64,000 nt of DNA from Longimicrobiales bacterium (GCA_963664435.2 CAXXKM010000001.1:544001-608000); one strand, 5' to 3'; counted from the first letter of the stretch, positions 36,288 through 47,050 are shown. Notes: generated by a model from the sequence alone, not told the origin. Numbers and translations are program-made.

Positions 36288-39110
36288 TCAGGGCACCTGG
36301 TTCTCCGGATACAGGACAACCTTCACGAACCGGTCGTCACGCAGGTACCGGAGCGCGGCCTCCTGCACCTGGTCCGCCGTCCATCCCTCGATGAACTCGT
36401 ACGAGGTCACGTAGCTGTAGTCCACGCCCAGCTGGTCCAGCCGCTGAAGGCGGCCCAGCCAGTAGCGGTTCTGTTCGAGCTGGGTCTCCCTGGTGCGCCG
36501 CTGGGTCTCGCGCACCTTCTCCACGGTCTCGGCGTCGGGGCCCTCCAGCTGAAGCCTGTCGATCTCCTCGAACACCACCGCCGCCAGCTCCTCGGCCCGT
36601 TCCGGCGCCGACCCGAAGCTGATGCGGAGGGAGTATTCCTGGTCCGGGCGGTGGGAGAGGAAGCCGCTGACGCCCACTCCGTAGGTCCCGCCCAGATCCT
36701 CGCGCAGCAGCTCGCGAAGGCGGATGTCCAGCACGTCGGCGAGCGCGGAGATCGCCATCTCCTCCTCCCGCGAAAACTCCGCATCTCCCGCAAAGACGAT
36801 CCGGGTCTGGCTCTGAGGTTCGAGCCCCTTGCGCACCTCCCTTTCGATCACGCCCTCGGGAGGATCGATGCCCACGTCCCGCCAGCTTTCCACGCGCCGC
36901 AGGCTCGGGAGTCCTCCGAGCCAGGTTTCCACCAGCGGCCGGATCTCCTCCGGAGCAAACGCGCCCACGAAATAGAAGACGAAGTCGCTCGCGTCGGCGA
37001 AGCGATCCTGGTAGAGGGCGAAGGAAGCGTCCAGGTCCAGCCGCTCGATCATCTCGTCGTCGGGCGGGAGCGCCCGCGGATGCCCCTGTGTCACAATCAG
37101 GGACACCGTGTCCCCGAGCGCCGCGGCGGGACTGGCTCCCCGATTGGCGAAGATCCCGGACAGGAGTGTCTTGTAGGCCGCGAACGCGGTCTCGTCCTTC
37201 CTCGGGGCCACGAAGCGCTGATAGATGAGCTGGAAGGCGGTCTCGATGTCGCGCGGAGAGGCGTTGCCGCCGATGCTCTCGGTCAGCCCTCCCACGCTCG
37301 CCGAGACGCGCACGTCCTGGCCTGCGAGCTTCTTCTCGAGGGCAAGCTTGTCGAACGCTCCGACTCCGCCCTCCACAACGACCGCCGAAGCCATGCGAAC
37401 GCCCGCGAACTCATCGTCCGGGACCAGCGAGCTGCCCCCGGGACTGGTCGCCGCGAAGAGGATCTCGTCGTCCCGGAAGTCCGTCGGCTTCAGGACCACG
37501 CGCACGCCGTTCTCGAGGGTCCACACCGTCACCCCCACCTCCTCCACCGCTTCCTCGTCGACCACCGGGGACCCGGTCGGAACCGCGGCCACCAGCGGCG
37601 CGTCCACCGCGATGTCCACGTAGGGCTCGATTTCCCGGTCCGCCACCGACGCGAACACGCCCTGGATGTCCTCTTCGGTGGGCACCTCCAGTTCCGCCTT
37701 CTCGGGGGCGTTGGCCATGACCACGCGTCCCCGCTCCTGCAGCCACTCCCCGGCCAGGCCATTGACTTCGTTCAGCGTGATCGCCGGCACAAGCGCGTTC
37801 GCCAGCTCCAGCTCGTCCTCGGGGCTGGTGAACGCGGTGCCGGTCAGAAAAGCCTGGACATAGCGCCCGGCCAGACTGCCGGACTCCTGGTTCTCGCGTT
37901 CGGCGAAACGGCGCTCGAAGGCGCGCGTGACCTCGGCCTTCCGGCGTTCGAACTCCGTCGCGGTGAACCCGTGGCGCCGGACGCGCTCCGCCTCCGTGAG
38001 AAGCGCCTCCAGTCCGCGCTCGAGGCCGCCGTCCGGCACCAGCGCGAGCAGCTGATACATGTCCAGGGCGCGCACGAAGCTCCCGCCGGCCGGGAAGGCG
38101 AACAGGAAGGGCGGGTCGGCCTGTTGCGTCAATTCCTCTAGGCGCGCCGCCATCATGCCCTCGTACAGGTTCTCGGTGATGCCGCGCCGGAACGCGGCGA
38201 CGGTGCCCCGGGGGGCCACCGGCCTCTTGTACAGCACCGACACCTGCGACTGCAACGCCTCGACGTCGGTCGCGATGGCCACCCGCGGCGGGTGGTCGAA
38301 GGGCACCTCCAGCGTCGCGCGCGGGCGCGGATCGGCAGGGGACGCGAGGCTCTCGAACCGGCTTCGGATCATGCCCTCGATGGCTTCCCCGTCGAAGTCC
38401 CCGACGGCGACCACCGCCATGAGATCGGGCCGGTACCAGTCGCGGTAGAACCGCTGGAGCGCCGAGGCTGGAGCCGTTTCCAACACCTCCGTTTTCCCGA
38501 TCGGCAGGCGGTCCGCATAGAGGGAACCCTCGAACAGAATGGGAAGCTGGGCGTCGAACATCCGGGCCTGAGCCCCCCGCCCGAGCCGCCACTCCTCGAT
38601 CACCACTCCGCGCTCGCTGTCGACGTCCTCGGGTTCGAAGAGCAGGCCTCGGGACCAGTCCTGCAGGATCTGGAACGCCGTCTCCACCACTTCCGGATCG
38701 TCCATGGGGATGCGCAGCATGTAGACGGTCTCGTCGAAGCTGGTGTAGGCGTTGATGTGGGGACCGAACTGCATCCCGATCGACTCCAGGTAGTCGACCA
38801 GTTCCTGCTTCTCGAAGTTCTCGGTGCCGTTGAAGGCCATGTGCTCGGTGAAGTGGGCCAGACCGAGCTGGTCCTCGTCCTCCAGGATGGAGCCGGCGTT
38901 CACCACCAGGCGAAACTCGGCGCGGTTCTCGGGGGTGGCGTTCTCGCGCACGTAGTAGCGAAGGCCGTTTTCGAGTTCGCCAACCGTGACCGCGGGGTCG
39001 GCCGGGAGCGGTCGGTCGGGCGCCGGCGCCTGTGCCGGCAGCGCAGCCGGAGCGAGAAGCGTCCCGGCCGTGACGAGCAAGGCAACGCAGGCGATCCGGC
39101 GCGGATGCAT
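36288..39110 (-). CDS. M16B zinc protease (PqqL-like), exported
   Basis: Signal peptide; GELENGLRYY, AHFTEHMAFNGT, NAYTSFDET; second half LENGVRV and LREDLGGTY. Confidence 0.93.
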   Translation of the reverse strand: MHPRRIACVALLVTAGTLLAPAALPAQAPAPDRPLPADPAVTVGELENGLRYYVRENATPENRAEFRLVVNAGSILEDEDQLGLAHFTEHMAFNGTENFEKQELVDYLESIGMQFGPHINAYTSFDETVYMLRIPMDDPEVVETAFQILQDWSRGLLFEPEDVDSERGVVIEEWRLGRGAQARMFDAQLPILFEGSLYADRLPIGKTEVLETAPASALQRFYRDWYRPDLMAVVAVGDFDGEAIEGMIRSRFESLASPADPRPRATLEVPFDHPPRVAIATDVEALQSQVSVLYKRPVAPRGTVAAFRRGITENLYEGMMAARLEELTQQADPPFLFAFPAGGSFVRALDMYQLLALVPDGGLERGLEALLTEAERVRRHGFTATEFERRKAEVTRAFERRFAERENQESGSLAGRYVQAFLTGTAFTSPEDELELANALVPAITLNEVNGLAGEWLQERGRVVMANAPEKAELEVPTEEDIQGVFASVADREIEPYVDIAVDAPLVAAVPTGSPVVDEEAVEEVGVTVWTLENGVRVVLKPTDFRDDEILFAATSPGGSSLVPDDEFAGVRMASAVVVEGGVGAFDKLALEKKLAGQDVRVSASVGGLTESIGGNASPRDIETAFQLIYQRFVAPRKDETAFAAYKTLLSGIFANRGASPAAALGDTVSLIVTQGHPRALPPDDEMIERLDLDASFALYQDRFADASDFVFYFVGAFAPEEIRPLVETWLGGLPSLRRVESWRDVGIDPPEGVIEREVRKGLEPQSQTRIVFAGDAEFSREEEMAISALADVLDIRLRELLREDLGGTYGVGVSGFLSHRPDQEYSLRISFGSAPERAEELAAVVFEEIDRLQLEGPDAETVEKVRETQRRTRETQLEQNRYWLGRLQRLDQLGVDYSYVTSYEFIEGWTADQVQEAALRYLRDDRFVKVVLYPENQVP

Positions 39111-39454
39111 CGCCGCTCGAATGCCGGGGGGAGTATGTCCACGGGCTGCCGGGGCAGCGCGGACCATGCCCGAGCGCATGGAGAGGGGACGGAGCGGTGA
39201 GGTTCTCGCGAGGCCGTTCATGCTCTTCCTCGTGGGGTGGCAAGGGACGTCACCGGGAACGCGGCCGGGACATTTCCGGTTCCACGCGGACGCGCGTGCG
39301 ACCATAATCATCGCGTGACCCGCATCGCTCGGGCAACGCCGGGACGCCGGTCGTTCCGGGCTGGCCCTTCGTGGCAAGGATCGGGTCGATTTCGCGGGGC
39401 GGAACCATCAGTTTAGGTGAACCCCTGCCCCGACGACCTGTGCCCGAGCATCGG

Positions 39455-40303
39455 ATGAACATGACCGACTACGACCGAATCGAGTCCGCCATCCGCTACC
39501 TCGACACCCATCGCGTTCGCCAGCCGGACCTCGCGGAGCTGGCGGCGCACGTCGGGCTCAGCCCGAGTCATCTGCATCGCCTGTTCTCCAGGTGGGCGGG
39601 GGTCACGCCGAAACGCTTTCTGGAGTTTCTAACCGTCCGGCACGCCAGGAAGTTGCTCGACGATTCCGAATCCGTTCTCTCCGCGGCCTACGGGAGCGGT
39701 TTGTCCGGTCCCGGGAGGCTGCACGATCACTTCGTGGCGGTGGAGGCGGCAACGCCGGGGGAGTACCGGAGCCGGGGCGCCGGGCTGCGGATCGGCTTCG
39801 GTATCGGGGATTCTCCGTTCGGGCCGGTCTTTGTCGCGTGGACGGCGCGCGGCATGTGCCGGGTCTCGTTTGCCGGCGCGCGGGATGTCGAAGCCGAGAA
39901 GAAAGCGCTCCGCCGGACCTGGGGGCGGGCCGTGCTGGAAGCCGACGAGTCGCGGGCCCACTCACTCGCGGGGACCATCTTCGCGGCGCCCTTCGACCCC
40001 GAAGCCGGCCCCCTGACCGTGCATGTGCGCGGGACGAACTTCCAGCTCGCCGTGTGGCGCGCCCTGCTGCGCATACCCACCGGCGCGGTCACGACCTACG
40101 GACGCCTCGCCGCGCAGGTCTGCAGCGCCCGGGCGGCGCGCGCGACGGGCAATGCGGTAGGCAGCAACCCGATCTCGTTCCTGATCCCCTGCCATCGCGT
40201 GATCCGCGCCACCGGCGAGTCCGGAAACTATGGCGGAGGGCGCTCGCGCAAGCGCTGCATGCTCGGGTGGGAAGCCAGCCGCGGGGCCGGGGCCGCGACC
40301 TGA
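39455..40303 (+). CDS. AraC-HTH / methylated-DNA--protein-cysteine methyltransferase (Ada/Ogt-like)
   Basis: LSPSHLHRLFSRWAGVTPK HTH; GTNFQLAVW; IPCHRV active site. Confidence 0.92.
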   Translation: MNMTDYDRIESAIRYLDTHRVRQPDLAELAAHVGLSPSHLHRLFSRWAGVTPKRFLEFLTVRHARKLLDDSESVLSAAYGSGLSGPGRLHDHFVAVEAATPGEYRSRGAGLRIGFGIGDSPFGPVFVAWTARGMCRVSFAGARDVEAEKKALRRTWGRAVLEADESRAHSLAGTIFAAPFDPEAGPLTVHVRGTNFQLAVWRALLRIPTGAVTTYGRLAAQVCSARAARATGNAVGSNPISFLIPCHRVIRATGESGNYGGGRSRKRCMLGWEASRGAGAAT

Positions 40304-40524
40304 CTCCCGGACATTCATCCGACGAAGTCGAGCCCATGTTGTCAGTAGACACCAGTTGTCATCAGTAGACAGACTCGGCTGAGCCATTCAACGTCCCCCC
40401 GCTGGTGCGCCCGGGACCGGAAGCGGCTATGTTCGCCTCCCGATAACGATCGACAGTCCACCGCCTCGGGACCTTCAAACCCCGAGCGCCGGATGCCTCC
40501 CCGGAAGCCCGGACCCATCCCCGC

Positions 40525-41307
40525 ATGAAGATCGCGACCTGGAACGTCAATTCCATCCGGGCACGCCAGGAGCGTGTGCTGACCTGGCTGCGCCTGCACC
40601 GTCCCGATGTCCTGTGCCTGCAGGAGCTGAAGGTGGCGGACGACGCGTTCCCGCTTGAGGCGGTCGAGGAGCTGGGCTACTACGCCGCGGTGTACGGCCA
40701 GCGCACCTACAACGGCGTGGGCATCCTGAGCCGCTCGCCCGCCCGCGACGTCGAGGTGGGTATGGGGCCCGGCGACCGCGACCCGCAGGCGCGCCTGGTG
40801 GCGGCCACCGTGGACGGCGTCCGGGTGCTCTCGGCTTACGTTCCCAACGGGGCCCGCGTGGGGACGGACAAGTACGGCTACAAGCTGGACTGGCTGCGGC
40901 GGCTGCGGGAGCATCTGGAGCAGACCGCTTCTCCCTCCGAGGCGCTGGTGCTTGCCGGCGACTTCAACGTCGCCCCGCGAGACACCGACGTGAACCAGCT
41001 GGAGGACTGGAAGGACAGCGTCCTGTGTCACTACGCGGCGCGGGACGCTCTCGAGCGCATTCGCGACTGGGGACTCGCCGACGTCTTCGAGAGGCATCAC
41101 CCCGAGGGGTCGATCTACACCTGGTGGGCGTATCAGAGGCTGGCCTTCCCCCGAAACAACGGGCTGCGCATCGACCACATCTACGCCACCGAGAGCCTCG
41201 CCACGCGCTCGACCGATGCCTTCGTGGACCGGGAGGCGCGCAAGAAGGGACCTTTTACCGAGAAGCCCTCGGACCACGCCCCGGTGGTCGCGGAATTCGA
41301 GATCTGA
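40525..41307 (+). CDS. xth: Exodeoxyribonuclease III
   Basis: ATWNVNSI, LQELK, YNGV, GDFNV, GLRIDH, SDHAPV. Confidence 0.96.
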   Translation: MKIATWNVNSIRARQERVLTWLRLHRPDVLCLQELKVADDAFPLEAVEELGYYAAVYGQRTYNGVGILSRSPARDVEVGMGPGDRDPQARLVAATVDGVRVLSAYVPNGARVGTDKYGYKLDWLRRLREHLEQTASPSEALVLAGDFNVAPRDTDVNQLEDWKDSVLCHYAARDALERIRDWGLADVFERHHPEGSIYTWWAYQRLAFPRNNGLRIDHIYATESLATRSTDAFVDREARKKGPFTEKPSDHAPVVAEFEI

Positions 41308-41422
41308 CAAGCGCGCTCGGCGGTCGGACGCGACCGGCGAATCCGGAGCGGCGGACGCGGCACCCGAATCCGGGGAGCGCCCGGACGCGCGGGGGCTTCG
41401 ATGGCCGCTGTCGGAGCCGCAA

Positions 41423-43651
41423 TCAGGCGCCTGCCACCAGCCTCCACGCCTGGGCCACCAGGAAGCACACCACGAACCCGATCCCGAGCGGCGCCAGAGC
41501 CGAGACCGTCGTCCACTTCACGCTTCCGGTCTCCTTGTAGATGGTGTACAGCGTGGTGGAACAGGGATTGTGCAGCAGGCTGAAGAGCATGAGGCAGACG
41601 CCCGTCAGGAGCGTCCATCCGCCCGCAGCCAGCAGAGTGCCGACGTCCGCCGCCGAACTCAGCTCGAACATGACCCCGGCCCCCTCTCCGGTGCCCGCGA
41701 TGCCCGCGGTCAGCACGGTCAGCATGAGGATCGTGGGGATGACGATCTCGTTGGCGGGGATCGCGACCAGGTAGGCCAGCAGGATCACCCCGTTCAGCCC
41801 CAGCAGCACGCCCAGAGGATTCGACCAGGTCACGAAGTGCTCGGCCAGGCTGGCGTCGCCCACGACGATGTTGGACGTGAGCCAGATCACCGCCCCGGCG
41901 GGCATGGCGAACACGACCGCGCGCCAGAGCACGATCAGGGTCCGGTCGATGAGCGAAGTGTAGAGCGTCTGCAGGATGCGCGGGGGCCGGTACGGGGGAA
42001 GCTCCAGGCTGAAGGTCGACGCTTCGCCGCGCAGCAGGGTCTTCGAGAGCAGCCACGAGGTCGCGAACATGAAGACGATTCCCAGCACGGCCACCCCGAC
42101 CACGGCGGTCGCCGACACCAGGCCGGCCAGGTGCGCGGGCGCGACCGCCCCGATGAAGATGGTCGCGATCAGGATCTGCGTGGGCCAGCGGCCGTTGCAG
42201 AGCGAGAAGTTGTTGGTGACGATGGCCAGCAGGCGTTCGCGCGGACTGTCGATGATGCGCGTGGCCACCACCCCAGCGGCGTTGCAGCCGAACCCCATGC
42301 TCATGGTGAGCGCCTGCTTGCCGTGCGCCCCCACCCGGCGGAAGAGGCCGTCGAGGTTGAAGGCAACGCGCGGCAGGTAGCCGAAGTCCTCCAGCAGGGT
42401 GAAGAGCGGAAAGAAGATCGCCATGGGCGGCAGCATGACGGCCACCACCCATGCAGTGGCCAGATACACCCCGTCGAAGAGGAACCCCGAAAGCCACCAC
42501 GGCATGGAGAGCGCGGAACCGGCCCCGACCAGCCAGGGATGGACCTGGTCGACGAGCAGGGTGGCGAGCAGCGAGGACGGGACGTTGGCCCCCGCGATGG
42601 TGAGCCAGAACACAACCGTGAGGACGAGCAGCATGACCGGGAATCCGGTCCAGCGGCTGGTCAGGGCCCGGTCGAGGTTGCGGTCCAGGTCGAAGCCGAC
42701 GCGGCGCAGCCCCCTCACTTCCGAGGCCCGCGCGATGCGCTCCGATTCGCGGTAGAAGCCGGTAACCAGTGAATCGTGGAAGTCGGCGGGGAGCTTCCAG
42801 CGCAACCGGGAGGCCAGCTCGAGGACCTGTTCGCGCGCGGGTCCCGTATTCTCCCGCGCCTGCGGGCGGGCCGCCGCCGCCCCTTCGCGCCCGGCCCCGC
42901 CGATCTCCCCGGCACTCACCGCCTCCTGCACGCGTTCGTCCGCGTTGAGCAGGCGCAGCGCCACCCAGCGTGCATTGGGGAGTCCGGGAAAGGCCGTCTC
43001 GACCGCGGGCGCGAGGGCGGAGACCGCCCGCTCCACCTCGGGCGCGCGCGTGGCGGCGCGGAAGGGTGTCGTGGCCGTCCCGCCGGTCGCCATGTCGTGG
43101 ACCGCGCGCATCAGGTCGTCGATGCCCTCGCTCCGCCGGGCCACCGTGGCGACCACCGGCACCCCCAGTTCGCGCGCCAGCTTCTTCTCGTCGACGGCGA
43201 TGCCGTGCCGGCGCGCCTCGTCCACCAGGTTCAGGCAGACCACCACCCGGGAGGTGATCTCCAGGATCTGGAGAGCAAGGTTGAGGTTGCGCTCGAGGCG
43301 GGTCGCGTCGACCACGACCACGGTCACGTCGGGGCGCCCGAACAGGAGGAAGTCGCGCGCGACCTCTTCGTCGGTGCTGCCGGCCTGCAGGGAGTAGGTC
43401 CCGGGAAGATCGACCACCTTGACCCGGTGCTCGTCGTGCAGGAAGGCGCCCTCGGAGCGCACGACCGTCTTGCCCGGCCAGTTGCCGGTGTGCTGGCGGA
43501 GCCCGGTGAGCGCGTTGAACACGGTGCTCTTGCCCGTATTCGGGTTGCCCGCCAGGGCGACCAGGTAGTCCCACCGGCCGGGATTGACGCCCAGCTTCAC
43601 CAGGCGGGGCTCGTGGCCGGCGCCACACCCCCTCCGCCGGCGCGCGGTCAT
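41423..43651 (-). CDS. feoB: Ferrous iron transporter FeoB
   Basis: [51 protein letters not shown] overlap with the upstream gene. Confidence 0.95.
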   Translation of the reverse strand: MTARRRRGCGAGHEPRLVKLGVNPGRWDYLVALAGNPNTGKSTVFNALTGLRQHTGNWPGKTVVRSEGAFLHDEHRVKVVDLPGTYSLQAGSTDEEVARDFLLFGRPDVTVVVVDATRLERNLNLALQILEITSRVVVCLNLVDEARRHGIAVDEKKLARELGVPVVATVARRSEGIDDLMRAVHDMATGGTATTPFRAATRAPEVERAVSALAPAVETAFPGLPNARWVALRLLNADERVQEAVSAGEIGGAGREGAAAARPQARENTGPAREQVLELASRLRWKLPADFHDSLVTGFYRESERIARASEVRGLRRVGFDLDRNLDRALTSRWTGFPVMLLVLTVVFWLTIAGANVPSSLLATLLVDQVHPWLVGAGSALSMPWWLSGFLFDGVYLATAWVVAVMLPPMAIFFPLFTLLEDFGYLPRVAFNLDGLFRRVGAHGKQALTMSMGFGCNAAGVVATRIIDSPRERLLAIVTNNFSLCNGRWPTQILIATIFIGAVAPAHLAGLVSATAVVGVAVLGIVFMFATSWLLSKTLLRGEASTFSLELPPYRPPRILQTLYTSLIDRTLIVLWRAVVFAMPAGAVIWLTSNIVVGDASLAEHFVTWSNPLGVLLGLNGVILLAYLVAIPANEIVIPTILMLTVLTAGIAGTGEGAGVMFELSSAADVGTLLAAGGWTLLTGVCLMLFSLLHNPCSTTLYTIYKETGSVKWTTVSALAPLGIGFVVCFLVAQAWRLVAGA

Positions 43652-44748
43652 GGCGACCCCGCTTCGCGGCTGCGGGTGGGCGCTGGCGGCTCGGGCGGCT
43701 CGGCGGCCAGCCCCGGGGCCGTCGCGCCCTCGGCCGGCGGCGCGATCTCCACCCTGGCCGCCTGCTCCCTCCGGAGCGCGATGGTCGCGCCCCGGATCTG
43801 GTAGGCGGTGGGGTCGCCGCCCGCCCCGCGCAGGGTCGCGCGCACGGGCGTGCCGGGAACGACTCCCAGATCCAGCAGGCGGCGCCGGGCAGGGCCCTGG
43901 CAGGCGGGCGCAATGCGGTCCACGACGCCGGTCTCGCCAAGCGCCAGCGCGGCGAGCGTCCTGGGCGGTTCGGACGGCATCACCATGTCCTCGGCCGGCT
44001 CCACCGTAACACTCGCTGCCGCAACCGCATCGAGAAGGTGTTCCCGCCCCTGCAACAGGAACCGGACCCCCGTCGGCGAGACGTCCGCGACGCGGATCTC
44101 CATGCCCGGAGAGAGTCCCTCCGCCAGCAACTCCAGGTAGATCTCGCGCGGCTCGTCCTCCAGATGAACGATGCGCGCCCCCGCCCCCTCGCGCAGCTGT
44201 GTGAGGGTGACCCCGGTGCGGGGCGGCACCTCGCCCCGGGCGGTCGGAATGGGATCGCCGTGAGGATCGAAACGGGGATGCCCCAGGCGCGCCGCGAGCG
44301 CATCCGTTTCGGCCACCGACATGCGGTGCTCCCGGACCTCCGCCTGCGCGTGCCAGTCGGCCTCCGCCACACCCGTGCGGTCGGCCAGGTAGCGCTCCCA
44401 CAACCGGTGGGTTCGCACGACACGGAGCGCGTAGGACCGGCCCGGACCGGTCAGGGAGACGGCCGTACCCTGCGCCTCCGCCAACCCCAGTTCGCACAGG
44501 CGGGTCACCAGGCGTCCCGCGCTTCCGCGGCGCATCCCGAGCCCTCCCGCGAGGCTCTCGAGCGTGGAGGGCAGGGCCAGGTACTCGCAGTTGAAGAGGT
44601 GCTTCAGCGCATCCTCGATTCGAACCCGCTCCGTCATGCGTGCGGCACCGAGGGCCCGTGCCAGGAGCCCCTTGCGCGGCCACAGCAGCGCAGCCGAACC
44701 GACCGCCGCCAGGGCGAAGACGAGTAGCGCGAATCCGGGCTCGATCAT
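43648..44748 (-). CDS. DtxR/MntR-family metalloregulator with N-terminal TM helix and two FeoA domains
   Basis: Hydrophobic N-terminus; [24 protein letters not shown]; FeoA-like [10 protein letters not shown] and [12 protein letters not shown]...[16 protein letters not shown]. Confidence 0.9.
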   Translation of the reverse strand: MIEPGFALLVFALAAVGSAALLWPRKGLLARALGAARMTERVRIEDALKHLFNCEYLALPSTLESLAGGLGMRRGSAGRLVTRLCELGLAEAQGTAVSLTGPGRSYALRVVRTHRLWERYLADRTGVAEADWHAQAEVREHRMSVAETDALAARLGHPRFDPHGDPIPTARGEVPPRTGVTLTQLREGAGARIVHLEDEPREIYLELLAEGLSPGMEIRVADVSPTGVRFLLQGREHLLDAVAAASVTVEPAEDMVMPSEPPRTLAALALGETGVVDRIAPACQGPARRRLLDLGVVPGTPVRATLRGAGGDPTAYQIRGATIALRREQAARVEIAPPAEGATAPGLAAEPPEPPAPTRSREAGSP

Positions 44749-44799
44749 GTGGGGGATCCCAGCGGTGAAGGGACCGGCGAAATCTCTCGCGGGTCTTTT

Positions 44800-44835
44800 G
44801 TAGGCTTGCCTAATGAATAAGTTAGGCGTGCCTAA
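44800..44835. promoter_or_regulatory. Two tandem palindromic DtxR/MntR-type operator boxes
   Basis: GTAGGCTTGCCTAA (44800-44813) and TTAGGCGTGCCTAA (44822-44835), 22 bp apart, AT-rich spacer, 52-87 bp upstream of the regulator; TTAGG/CCTAA arms as in DtxR-family sites. Confidence 0.8.
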
Positions 44836-44899
44836 TAATCAAGCAGGGCACGGCGACCCGCGGCAAGTCAGTGGAAGATGCGCCGCGCAACGCCGGCGA

Positions 44900-45703
44900 T
44901 CAGCGCCAGAGATGGCGCAGGAAACGCTCCGGAGCAAGCAGGAAATCGCGCATCAGGTTTACGGCTTCGATCTCCTCGAAGTCGGTCTCGCGCACGGGCC
45001 GGCCATCGAAGTCGTAGATCCTCGCACCGGGAACGGCCATCAGGATTGGCGAGTGGGTGGCGATCAGAAATTGGGAATCCTGGTCGACCATGTCGCGCAT
45101 CATGGTCATGAAGCCGAGCTGACTCTGGGGAGAGAGCGCGGCTTCGGGTTCGTCCAGCAGATAGAGGCCTCCGGGCACGAACCGCTCCCGAAAGAGCTTC
45201 AGAAAGCCCTCCCCATGCGAGTTTGCGTCCAGGTCGGCCCCATACTTCCGCTCGATGGCCGCGATGGAGCCTGCGGCGGGGCCGCGCGCAAGGGTGCGCG
45301 CCAGCCTGGAGTGTTCGCGGAATCGCTCGTCGACCTCGGCGAGCTCCTGCTGAAACTCGCTCCTCAACCGGGCCATGCGCCTCGTGAAACCGAAGAAGTC
45401 CTCGGCGCGCAGAAAGAAGCCGCGGTGCGTACGCGTCCTCCACGCGAGCCTCAACGTCCCCGCCAGGCGGCGCTGCGGCGCGAGCGTGGGATCCCGATCC
45501 GCACTTCGGCTGCCGACGGTGGGAAGCCCGGTCGCCGCAGCCAGCGCCTCGAGCACCGTCGACTTGCCGGAGCCGTTCTCGCCTACCAGCAGCGTCACGG
45601 GCTTTCCGATCTCCAGGATGCCGAGCCCTTGCAGGGCCGGGATGTTGAACGGGAACTCATCCGCCCGCCCATCCGAGTCCGGGAAATGAATGCGCTCTAA
45701 CAC
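44900..45703 (-). CDS. Stand-alone ABC/AAA_21-type ATPase (COG3910-like)
   Basis: GENGSGKST, FFLRAE, SHGEGF, LLDEPEAALSP, ATHSPIL; GTG start inferred. Confidence 0.85.
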   Translation of the reverse strand: MLERIHFPDSDGRADEFPFNIPALQGLGILEIGKPVTLLVGENGSGKSTVLEALAAATGLPTVGSRSADRDPTLAPQRRLAGTLRLAWRTRTHRGFFLRAEDFFGFTRRMARLRSEFQQELAEVDERFREHSRLARTLARGPAAGSIAAIERKYGADLDANSHGEGFLKLFRERFVPGGLYLLDEPEAALSPQSQLGFMTMMRDMVDQDSQFLIATHSPILMAVPGARIYDFDGRPVRETDFEEIEAVNLMRDFLLAPERFLRHLWR

Positions 45704-45734
45704 CCCGCGGCGTCCCCTCCCAACATCGTTGCCT

Positions 45735-45897
45735 CCGTCCTCATGCCGTGTCCGGTGTCCATCCTCATGCCGTGTCCGGTGTCCGTCCTCATGCCGTGTC
45801 CAGTGTCCGTCCTCATGCCGTGTCCAGTGTCCGTCCTCATGCCGTGTCCAGTGTCCGTCCTCATGCCGTGTCGGGCGCCCGTCCTCATGCCGTGTCC
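45735..45897. repeat. 24-bp tandem repeat, about 6.8 copies
   Basis: Unit CCGTCCTCATGCCGTGTCC(A/G)GTGT, head to tail with no spacers. Confidence 0.95.
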
Positions 45898-46793
45898 TGC
45901 CTCCGAATCGCCTCGAGTTCCTCCAGCGTGCGCGGCCAGTCCCGGCGCAGGAGCCTGGAGAGTGCCCTGTCGGCCAACAGCCTGCCCCCGGTCTGACATT
46001 CGGGGCAATAGTTCGTCTCGCGGCTGGCGTAGACAATGCGCTGGATGGGGGTGCCGCACCGGGGACACGGCTTCCCGAACTTCCCATGGGCGGCCATGGC
46101 CGGATGGAACGCGGTGACCTTTCTGGGAAACTCCCCGCCCGCTTCGGCCTGCAGGCGCTCCGTCCATTCCCGCAGGGAGACCCGCGTCGCCTCGTACAGC
46201 CGGCGGAGTTCGGCGGTCGACAGTTGGCGCGTGAGACGCACGGGCGAGAGGCGCGCCGCGAGCAGGATTTCGTCGGAGTGCGCGTTGCCGATGCCGCTCA
46301 GGATCCTCGGGTCGGTGAGGGCCCGCTTGAGCGTGCGGTTCTCGCGAAGGAGCGCGGCCTGAAAGCCCGGGAAGTCGACCTCCAGGGGTTCGACGCCCCC
46401 GGGGTCGAGTCGGCGGAGAGCGTCGTCCCCGCGCACCACCCACATCGACATCCTCTTCTTCGTGCTCGCCTCGGTAAGCACCAGCGTTCCGTTGGGGAAG
46501 TCCAGGGCTCCCGCCGCGCGTTTCCCGGGCAGGGGCGCCCCGGCATCCCGCCACTGGAAGCGCCCCGCGATCATCAGGTGGATCACCGCGTGAAGATCGT
46601 CGTCCAGGTGCAGTGCGATGCGCTTGCCGATGCGCCCGGTGGCGCGCACTCGCTTCCCCACGAGCTCGGAGACCGGCGGATCGAAGGTCTTGAGCAGCGA
46701 CGGCGAGCGGAGCCGGACGCGTTCGATCGGCTGCCCCGTGATGCGGGCGTCGAGCGCGTTCAGGTACAGGGATACCTCCGGAAGTTCGGGCAT
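45885..46793 (-). CDS. Fpg/Nei-family DNA glycosylase
   Basis: MPELPEV start, HLMIAG, SGIGNAHSDEIL (H2TH), CPRC...CPEC zinc finger. Confidence 0.93.
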   Translation of the reverse strand: MPELPEVSLYLNALDARITGQPIERVRLRSPSLLKTFDPPVSELVGKRVRATGRIGKRIALHLDDDLHAVIHLMIAGRFQWRDAGAPLPGKRAAGALDFPNGTLVLTEASTKKRMSMWVVRGDDALRRLDPGGVEPLEVDFPGFQAALLRENRTLKRALTDPRILSGIGNAHSDEILLAARLSPVRLTRQLSTAELRRLYEATRVSLREWTERLQAEAGGEFPRKVTAFHPAMAAHGKFGKPCPRCGTPIQRIVYASRETNYCPECQTGGRLLADRALSRLLRRDWPRTLEELEAIRRQDTA

Positions 46794-47050
46794 GCCGCAA
46801 GATCGATGCTGCGGACGGAGGGGCGCCAGTGGAGAGGAGCGCGAGCGGTGTTGCACTCCGGCGAATCGCATGCGGCGCGGCGGTGCCGGAAATCAGGCTT
46901 TGGCGGGCGCCGGGCCCCGCCGCTGTTGCCGCGACCTGCCATCGGCTACCGTCATGGTCGGCGCGCGGCACAGGCACCGGGCTCGCAAGCCGCCCCCGAC
47001 CGGCGATGCACGCCATCCACTCCAAACCTCCACATAGCCGGGCCACCCCC

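Noticed and set aside
44900..45703. AAA_21 ATPase as part of an anti-phage system
   Set aside because: No adjacent nuclease, TOPRIM or HNH partner, and no defence-island context.
45735..45897. Possible CRISPR array
   Set aside because: Units are contiguous with no unique spacers, and no cas genes are present; it is a tandem repeat.
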